This document shows positions 25,784 through 32,000 of a DNA stretch of 32,000 bases, one piece after another. The translations under genes were made by a program, and so were the position numbers. Source of the stretch: Erwinia phage KEY; the sequence record MZ616364.1; one strand, given 5' to 3'. Positions within the stretch are counted from its first letter, which is position 1. Each line of letters begins with the position of its first letter. The notes under the pieces are model-generated. The model saw only the letters and a list, made by a program, of their open reading frames with translations. It did no database searches and had not been told where the DNA came from.

Positions 25784-25854
25784 CAACTATTGCCAACTAA
25801 TTTAGTTGGCAATGATGGTTTTTCCCTATATCCCTTAAATGGAGTGTTTTAAAT

Positions 25855-27516
25855 ATGATTATCGCCGCTGAGAAACAAGCTATCGCCCTGAAAACTGCTA
25901 AAGGTCTGAACTACTGGGGCAAGCGTTTAGACGCTAAGAAAAACGAAATCGCGGAAAATATTTCTTTCGATCTCTACGAAACTCGTAGCCGCTCCGCTGT
26001 TATCCGCGATTTTCTGGACGCTAACGAGCCTGTAAAAGAGGCTAAAGTAAAACAACCACGCGCTAGCCGTCCTCTGGTAGATCTGCCAGTAGAGGCTGGA
26101 CGTATTACCCGGTCTGTATCTGATTGGCCTGTTAAATCTGGCGATGTGTTTATTATTACCAGTGCTCAAAACAACACGCCGCCACACGCTAATTTCCTCG
26201 CAGCGTTGAAGCAGTACGCAGAATATCGCGGTGCGGATATCTTGATCTCTAAGTATCTGTATAACAAAAATGGCTTCCAGAACGGTGAAGGTCAAAAAGG
26301 TGTTAAATTCAACGATGAATTAACGCCGTATTTGCTGGAGCAGAACGTTTTCTTAAATAATGAAAAGTTCGCTTTCATGGCTGAAATGAATATTTTGCCA
26401 ACAGCTATCAACCCGCTTACTGGTTTTGCAGAAACCATCGGTAACTTTTCCGCTGCAATTGGTCACGCTCAAATTACGCATGAGTCAGTACCGGCGTTAA
26501 AAGGTGATGAAGTTCGTTGTCTGTATACTACTGGTACAGTTACCCAACGTAACTACATCCAGCAACGTGCGGGCCAGAAGGCAGAAGGCTTGCACTGCTA
26601 CGGTGCGCTGATTGTTGAGTTTGATGAGGATGGCAATCATTTTGTGCGCCAACTGCAAACGATGGATGAATCAGGTTTGTTCTATGATCTGCTTTGCAAG
26701 GTCACTCCAGAAGGTGTAACAGAGCAGACCGGGCATGTAGCTGGCTTGCAGTACGGTGATATTCACGCCGAAAAGATTGATAACGATTGTGCTTATCAGT
26801 CTTGGGAAGCAGAAGAAAGTCTGTTAGACCTTCTGAAACCACGCTACCAGCTTATTCACGATATTCACGACTTTACCAGCCGCAACCATCATAACCGCCA
26901 GTCTGGTGTATTCCTCGCCAAACAATACGCGGCAGGCCGTGACAAGGTGTTAGACGATCTGCGCGACACTGGCAAGATTTTGCATGATATGGATCGCGAT
27001 TTTAGCCAACTGGTAGTTGTTGAGTCTAACCACGATTTAGCTTTAGGCCGCTGGTTAGATGATAACCGCGTTAATATTAAAGATGATCCCGCAAACGCCG
27101 AATTATATTATAGCCTTAACGCTGCAATGTATCAGGCAATTAATAAGGGTGATGATACCTTTAACATCCTAGATTATGCTCTGCGCACTTTCGGCGGGTA
27201 TGATTACGCGGCTATCTTCCTGTCAACTGATCAATCCTTTAAGATTGCCGGGGTTGAATGTGGAATGCATGGTCACAATGGGATGAATGGCTCTAAAGGT
27301 TCACCGAAGCAATTCCGCCGCTTAGGTCTGCCAGTGAATACCGGGCATACTCATAGCCCATCTATTCACGGTGGTGTTTATACCGCTGGCGTCTCTGGCT
27401 CGCTGGATATGGGCTATAACATTGGCGCTTCTAGCTGGCGTCAGACGCATCTGATTACTTATGAAAATGGTCAGCGCACACTTGTAGACTTTAAGAACGG
27501 CAAGTTTTTCGCTTAA
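25855..27516 (+). CDS. A1: A1-like pre-early protein with metallophosphoesterase/nuclease-like motifs
   Basis: 553 aa; AGLQYGDIHAEKI, VESNHDLALGRW, NTGHTHSPSIHGG motifs; size/synteny of T5 A1. Confidence 0.8.
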   Translation: MIIAAEKQAIALKTAKGLNYWGKRLDAKKNEIAENISFDLYETRSRSAVIRDFLDANEPVKEAKVKQPRASRPLVDLPVEAGRITRSVSDWPVKSGDVFIITSAQNNTPPHANFLAALKQYAEYRGADILISKYLYNKNGFQNGEGQKGVKFNDELTPYLLEQNVFLNNEKFAFMAEMNILPTAINPLTGFAETIGNFSAAIGHAQITHESVPALKGDEVRCLYTTGTVTQRNYIQQRAGQKAEGLHCYGALIVEFDEDGNHFVRQLQTMDESGLFYDLLCKVTPEGVTEQTGHVAGLQYGDIHAEKIDNDCAYQSWEAEESLLDLLKPRYQLIHDIHDFTSRNHHNRQSGVFLAKQYAAGRDKVLDDLRDTGKILHDMDRDFSQLVVVESNHDLALGRWLDDNRVNIKDDPANAELYYSLNAAMYQAINKGDDTFNILDYALRTFGGYDYAAIFLSTDQSFKIAGVECGMHGHNGMNGSKGSPKQFRRLGLPVNTGHTHSPSIHGGVYTAGVSGSLDMGYNIGASSWRQTHLITYENGQRTLVDFKNGKFFA

Positions 27517-27564
27517 TTAATTCCGGCGGTCAAATAGGCCGCCACCTTTTCAGGAGTAAGTCAG

Positions 27565-27828
27565 ATGATTAGTATTAACATGCCCCGCCAATTTGGAAGC
27601 GTAGGAATCACCGCCCGCGATTTACAAGCTAATACCGTATATCGTGTAATAGGCTTAGCAGGCGATGAAATGGATGGATGTTTAGCTGTACTGAGTGAAT
27701 GCAAAGATTTTGTTATCTTCTTCGGTGATGATAATTATATTTCTAGCGGTTCAGTAGATTGGGCTACAGAGCATAAAGTAATGTTCGTTCCAACTGAATT
27801 AGAAATGAATATTCAATTCATCGCCTAA
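27565..27828 (+). CDS. Hypothetical pre-early protein
   Basis: 87-aa ORF with RBS. Confidence 0.6.
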   Translation: MISINMPRQFGSVGITARDLQANTVYRVIGLAGDEMDGCLAVLSECKDFVIFFGDDNYISSGSVDWATEHKVMFVPTELEMNIQFIA

Positions 27829-27868
27829 TTTAAATAAACTTTCCCATAATTAAACTGGAGTCTTAAAC

Positions 27869-28291
27869 ATGAAATTAACTTTTATCTTCTCTAACGGTTC
27901 AAACTTTATTGCGCGCGGTGTTGTTGCTGAATCGCTGGTTATCTCTCGCAATAGTGCCGGTGTTCCTATGATCTCTTATGTAACTGAAAAAGAGATTCCA
28001 ACCGATGATTTTAAAGAGCGTTTCCCAATCGACAGTGAGACGCAGGAATATGCGCCAGTACAGCGTAAAGACGGTGTGTTTAGCGATATTATCTATACCG
28101 CTAACGATCACGAAACACATCAAACTCTGTTTGCTATTGGTACTACCATCGACGCCAATAAAGCAAACCTTGATTACATCATCGCCTCTCATTCAGTGGG
28201 CCATGACGCCAACACGGTTCACAGCGTGATCCCGGTGCGAGCGCCGCTTAGTGCAGAAGTGTTAGCGGATGCGCTAGATCTTTGGTGTTAA
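27869..28291 (+). CDS. Hypothetical pre-early protein
   Basis: 140-aa ORF. Confidence 0.6.
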   Translation: MKLTFIFSNGSNFIARGVVAESLVISRNSAGVPMISYVTEKEIPTDDFKERFPIDSETQEYAPVQRKDGVFSDIIYTANDHETHQTLFAIGTTIDANKANLDYIIASHSVGHDANTVHSVIPVRAPLSAEVLADALDLWC

Positions 28292-28312
28292 TCGCCTAAA
28301 CTGTGATACAAT

Positions 28313-28340
28313 AAAACCCCGGTTAATAGTAGCCGGGGCA
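28313..28340 (+). terminator. Hairpin between 27869-28291 and dmp
   Basis: accccggttaatagtagccggggc; weak T-tract, could be a processing or attenuation element. Confidence 0.4.
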
Positions 28341-28367
28341 ACCTTCCCGAATATCGGAGATTAAGAA

Positions 28368-29063
28368 ATGAATAAAGTAACTAAAGTAAACATCTGGGAC
28401 TTAGACGGCACTGTGATCAACTCGTTTCATCGTGTACAGCCTTGCCTTTGCCTTGAAACTGGCAACCTGAATCTGCAACAGTACTTTGCTACCGCTTGCA
28501 CGCACGATAAAATCATGGGTGACTCACTCCTGCCATTAGTTGAGACAATGAAACGTTGTTTCGATGCAGATAACACGGTTAACGTTATCGTTACCGCTCG
28601 TAGTATGGCTAAGTCTGATTATGTATTCCTACGTCAGAACGGGTTACGCGGTCGCAATGGTCAGAACGTGCGTGTTATGTCTCGCGATACATTGGCCCGT
28701 TACTTCCCGTTAGACGAAGTTAAGGGCATTTACTCTAGCCGTGATGCAGAGTACAAGCGCCGCTACTTTGAACTGTTGCAGGCTCAATACCCCGGCGCAG
28801 AGTTCACAGTGTACGACGATCATAAAGGCGTCCTAGCCGTCGCCTCTAGCATGGGCTTCCGTGTACTGGATGCAGAGATGGTAAACGATATCCTGTCTGT
28901 CGGTATGTCTCTAATCGGTGAAGCAATCATTGATGAGCATATGTCTGACGACTTAGATATTGATTACCTAAAAGCTAAACTTGATTTCGCCTGGCAGTGT
29001 ATGACTGACGAAGAAAGAGCAGAGCATACAACTGGTACTAGCTTTAAAGTATTAGCGGCCTAA
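28368..29063 (+). CDS. dmp: HAD-like 5'-deoxynucleotidase (Dmp)
   Basis: NIWDLDGTVINSF (DxD motif), VTARSMAKS, VYDDHKG motifs; position as in T5. Confidence 0.8.
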   Translation: MNKVTKVNIWDLDGTVINSFHRVQPCLCLETGNLNLQQYFATACTHDKIMGDSLLPLVETMKRCFDADNTVNVIVTARSMAKSDYVFLRQNGLRGRNGQNVRVMSRDTLARYFPLDEVKGIYSSRDAEYKRRYFELLQAQYPGAEFTVYDDHKGVLAVASSMGFRVLDAEMVNDILSVGMSLIGEAIIDEHMSDDLDIDYLKAKLDFAWQCMTDEERAEHTTGTSFKVLAA

Positions 29064-29076
29064 TCATTACAGAATT

Positions 29077-29115
29077 GATAGTCACACTGTGAAACAGTAA
29101 CATGGTGTGACTATC
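29077..29115. repeat. Perfect 11-bp inverted repeat near LTR outer edge
   Basis: GATAGTCACAC ... GTGTGACTATC with a 17-nt loop. Confidence 0.85.
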
Positions 29116-29214
29116 ACTATAGGGAGGTTTTCAGACTACCATACCACCCAGGGGGCTGTCGACCCATCAATACGTAACCCCTTATGAATTTTCAAGAATT
29201 CGAGTTTAGCGCAG

Positions 29215-29706
29215 TTAACGGTAGTCTCTCGCAAACTCGCCGTGTAGCTCTTTTCTTTTCTTGGTAATAGCTGCCTCTGCCTCTTCAATTGTGGAGAATG
29301 TCCCGACAGTTAGCCGAGATCCGTTATGTCTTATACGTGCTCTCCAACCTCTGCCTTGCCTATCTACTCCCGGAACGCCGCTACTGCCCGGTTTCTTATT
29401 ATGGTTTTGAGAATTTTGTGCCTCTGTAGCTTTTCTTAAATTTAATTTTGAGTTTAGAAAAGGATTGCCATCTTTGTGGTCTATTAGAGATTCTCCCGGA
29501 TCTTCGCCGTAAATATACAGCCAGGCTACGCGATGTGCCTTAAACCTGCCAAGTTCTCCTAGGTATAGAGTAATACCGTCCGCATCTTTAGAACCTGCTA
29601 ACTTTCCAGCTCGATAACCACATTTCCATGTAAATTCTCCCGTAATAGGGTCATAGTTAAATCTTTTAGTAAATTCGTGTAGGGGTGGTAGCTCTTTAAA
29701 TTTCAT
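29215..29706 (-). CDS. HNH homing endonuclease with AP2-like C-terminal domain
   Basis: HRVAWLYIYGEDPGESLIDHKDGNPFLNSKLNLRKATEAQNSQN and SSGVPGVDRQGRGWRARI...GTFSTIEEAEAA; ATG at 29706 preferred. Confidence 0.85.
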   Translation of the reverse strand: MKFKELPPLHEFTKRFNYDPITGEFTWKCGYRAGKLAGSKDADGITLYLGELGRFKAHRVAWLYIYGEDPGESLIDHKDGNPFLNSKLNLRKATEAQNSQNHNKKPGSSGVPGVDRQGRGWRARIRHNGSRLTVGTFSTIEEAEAAITKKRKELHGEFARDYR

Positions 29707-29822
29707 AGAAGACACACCGCCACCGCTATGCCAATTACGACTCCAATACAGAATAATATTGTTGCGCCTACAATTGCAAAGAATACGCCGTTAAGAATCT
29801 TTTCTACGCTATATCCAAACAT
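29703..29822 (-). CDS. 39-aa single-TM micropeptide (not in ORF track)
   Basis: MFGYSVEKILNGVFFAIVGATILFCIGVVIGIAVAVCLL*; ATGA overlap with the HNH gene. Confidence 0.5.
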   Translation of the reverse strand: MFGYSVEKILNGVFFAIVGATILFCIGVVIGIAVAVCLL

Positions 29823-29823
29823 A

Positions 29824-29946
29824 TTAAAATACTCCAAACATTGTGAGGATAAACACAATTACAAATACTAGGAAGATAATTGTGCCAAAACCAAATGAAT
29901 TCATCCAGGACTCTAGAACTTCACCACGTTTGTTATTATTACTCAT
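29824..29946 (-). CDS. 40-aa single-TM micropeptide (not in ORF track)
   Basis: MSNNNKRGEVLESWMNSFGFGTIIFLVFVIVFILTMFGVF*. Confidence 0.5.
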   Translation of the reverse strand: MSNNNKRGEVLESWMNSFGFGTIIFLVFVIVFILTMFGVF

Positions 29947-29974
29947 TTTATTTTCTCGCTTTTAAAAAATTTAG

Positions 29975-30003
29975 TTTACATTCTTCTCTATTTATTCTAT
30001 AAT
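29975..30003 (+). promoter_or_regulatory. Promoter for pb5-like gene
   Basis: TTTACA-N17-TATAAT. Confidence 0.65.
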
Positions 30004-30030
30004 TATACTATTATATTAACTATTTGACAA
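30002..30030 (-). promoter_or_regulatory. Promoter for leftward micro-ORF/HNH unit
   Basis: On - strand TTGTCA-N17-TATAAT; overlaps the -10 region of the + strand promoter. Confidence 0.65.
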
Positions 30031-30050
30031 ATAAGATTTAGGAGAAATTA

Positions 30051-32000
30051 ATGAGTTTTTTCGCCGGACGACTAAATAATGTCCCAACATTCTCCCTGAA
30101 GAATGAAGGTGGGGGTGACATAAACCGCCATATAAACCCTGATGACAATACACTTTTCCACTCTAGTATGCCACATGTACTGATTACTGAAGAGTACGAA
30201 GCACAATTAAATGCTAGAGATAACGGATATTGGACTTGCGCCATGCCGGGTAGGATCTCTAGCTTACTAGCAAATGACGCCAATTTAGTAGTTTTAACAG
30301 AAGTAGAGTATTACGTAGGTAACACAATCTGTAGACGTATGCTTTACGGTGGGGCTACAGGAGTTGGTGCAGCTAACTGGCAAAGCCAGTGGGTTTCAAT
30401 ACAAATTATCGGATCTAGGCCAATTACTATTCCACACTTCTTTGGTGCGTTTGGTACTACGTTTGTTGCTAGTAACGATGTAATTGCTGATCATGGATTC
30501 TTTAGTGAAAGTAACCCAGGTGGTAACGTTTCGCAGAAGCTGCTATATGGAACAGGCCGTAAACTGATGTGGTCTGGATCTAGTACTTGGGAAAGTTCTC
30601 AGGGTGCTTCTAACACTTATTTTGAGGGCGGACAGACAGTTCCTAACAGCCCAAATTATTACTTTGACGTAGGTCATCTTATTCCACCTTCTGGTGCACA
30701 ACGTGGTTTTGATAGTTTTTATATTAAAGCTGGTCATCCTAGAATTGAGATGTTTTATAGAAACGCTGCAACAGGTAGTACGTCTAACCCACAACCGCCT
30801 CAACTACCTGCGGGTACTGTTGGTTATCAGTTACATACCTTCTCTAATAGGTATAACGGAGGTGGAGGTGTAGCCTTAGACGCAGGTCAAGCTGCTGCGT
30901 TAGCGCCTAACGACTTCAGTTATACTAACAGCTCAGTAAGACGCGATGGCGAGGCAAGGGAAATAAACTACGGGTTTGGGTTTGCCAAAGTAAGATGGTA
31001 TGTTACCAATTTACGTTACAATGGTTGGGGTTATGATGTTACTTATCAACCTTTCGCAGGCAATAGTATTCTCCTGAGTCCTAAGAACTTCGTTATTAAA
31101 GACGTAAACTTAATGAACACAGCATTTAAATTCATTAACTTAGTATCTCCAGGTAACGGGTGGAATAGGCCTGATATGCATCTTACTAGTCCTAATATTT
31201 ATAGGGGTAACGTACAGTCTGGATTAGAAGCTGGTGATATACCGTGGAATGGTGTAGAAACTGGAGGTATGGGAGCAGGTACTTGGTATGGAGCGGGAAG
31301 TAACTGGGGTTCTACTACTTTAGCCTTATATAAATTCCAACCGTCTGCATCTTGGTATGTTAATAGTACTGTGCCATCTATAGGTAACCAATGGGGTGAT
31401 GTATGGTCTCCGGGTCAAATACCTTTGAGATTGTTCGGTAACCGAGCCGCCGTCGTAGAAGTAAGTGGTGGTGCGTTCCAGTTATCCGCAAACCAAGTAA
31501 CAGGAATACAGAATGCTAATTTAGGTCTTAATGACTCTAGAAACGGTGCTGTAGTAATGACTATCGTATTTAACGATATCACATGGTTCCTAGCAAGTGG
31601 TCGTGGTGTTTACAACCCAATGAGGTGGAATGGTGGGGGTAGTTTACCTGCTAGTCAGATGCGTGTTACTGGATACGGTAACTCTACGTATCATATTAGA
31701 CACCAGATACTAAGTCTACCTGTGGGAGGTTACGTACCTTTCTACGTTTGTAGATGTGGTTCCATGGCAAGTTATGGTAGTGATGGTAGTAGTCTAGCGG
31801 ACCATAGTACGGGCTTCTACACTGTAATATTTTATATTAGGAATATAGGTAATGGTGAGGTAGAATTTTCCTGTGAGCTAGCAGGTAACCCTATTGTAAG
31901 TATTCCTGGCGGATCACAAAACGATTCATCTAAAGTTCTAGGTGACTATAACGCTATACGTTTACCAAGTATGCGTATAACTGTACAAAGACTAGTTTAA
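30051..32000 (+). CDS. oad: Receptor-binding protein, T5 pb5 (Oad)-like
   Basis: 649 aa; MSFFAGRLNN...GGGDINRHINPDDNTLFHSSMPHVLITE, KVRWYVTNLRYNGWGYDV...LLSPKNFVIKDVNLMNTAFKFIN, C-terminal RITVQRLV closely parallel remembered T5 pb5 segments. Confidence 0.85.
   Translation: MSFFAGRLNNVPTFSLKNEGGGDINRHINPDDNTLFHSSMPHVLITEEYEAQLNARDNGYWTCAMPGRISSLLANDANLVVLTEVEYYVGNTICRRMLYGGATGVGAANWQSQWVSIQIIGSRPITIPHFFGAFGTTFVASNDVIADHGFFSESNPGGNVSQKLLYGTGRKLMWSGSSTWESSQGASNTYFEGGQTVPNSPNYYFDVGHLIPPSGAQRGFDSFYIKAGHPRIEMFYRNAATGSTSNPQPPQLPAGTVGYQLHTFSNRYNGGGGVALDAGQAAALAPNDFSYTNSSVRRDGEAREINYGFGFAKVRWYVTNLRYNGWGYDVTYQPFAGNSILLSPKNFVIKDVNLMNTAFKFINLVSPGNGWNRPDMHLTSPNIYRGNVQSGLEAGDIPWNGVETGGMGAGTWYGAGSNWGSTTLALYKFQPSASWYVNSTVPSIGNQWGDVWSPGQIPLRLFGNRAAVVEVSGGAFQLSANQVTGIQNANLGLNDSRNGAVVMTIVFNDITWFLASGRGVYNPMRWNGGGSLPASQMRVTGYGNSTYHIRHQILSLPVGGYVPFYVCRCGSMASYGSDGSSLADHSTGFYTVIFYIRNIGNGEVEFSCELAGNPIVSIPGGSQNDSSKVLGDYNAIRLPSMRITVQRLV

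Larger units (their letters stand above)
17800..29150. repeat. Probable long terminal repeat (pre-early/FST region) of a T5-like phage, present here as a single (collapsed) copy; boundaries approximate
   Basis: Gene content (dmp, A1-like, A2-like), noncoding repeat-rich end, and unique-region genes (pb5-like at one side, holin/lysozyme cluster at the other) flanking it. The repeat itself cannot be shown from one copy. Confidence 0.65.

Noticed and set aside
26000-28300. Antisense ORFs at 25927-26295, 27899-28192 and + strand alternative ORF 28005-28229.
   Set aside because: Fully inside well-supported A1-like and 140-aa genes on the + strand; no supporting signals.
29103-29127. CACTATAGGGAGG resembles the -7 to +6 core of the T7 RNA polymerase promoter.
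   Set aside because: The upstream specificity region (gtgtgactat versus TAATACGACT) does not match, and T5-like phages use host RNA polymerase. Likely chance.

Overview
The window looks like part of a T5-like (Demerecviridae-type) enterobacterial phage genome, written in reverse orientation relative to the usual T5 map and apparently spanning one collapsed copy of the long terminal repeat (LTR). Positions 1-17775 are a dense block of + strand genes: dNMP kinase (5' truncated), ClpP-like protease, holin, GH24 (T4-type) lysozyme, thioredoxin-like protein, PPP-type phosphatase, small lipoprotein, DUF3850/ASCH-like protein, a 1042-aa tailspike, and many small membrane or unknown proteins. Positions ~17.8-29.15 kb are LTR-like. 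They hold a ~1.6 kb ORF-poor, repeat-rich segment, a leftward pre-early operon of small genes, a ~1 kb divergent control region, and a rightward operon with A2-like, A1-like and dmp (5'-deoxynucleotidase) genes. Beyond ~29.15 kb are an HNH/AP2 endonuclease, two membrane micro-ORFs and a T5 pb5 (oad)-like receptor-binding protein. The most interesting signals are noncoding. (i) Two identical near-consensus LexA boxes, DnaA boxes and a perfect 21-bp inverted repeat are arranged in mirror order around the ~4.1 kb leftward operon. (ii) An array of Fur-box-like elements sits in the presumed injection-stop region. (iii) TCGGATTYGCAC occurs eight times nearby. (iv) Two rrn boxA-like motifs and a 25-bp inverted repeat flank two micro-genes in the rightward leader. 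Family names come from motif recognition and memory of T5; no database search was run.
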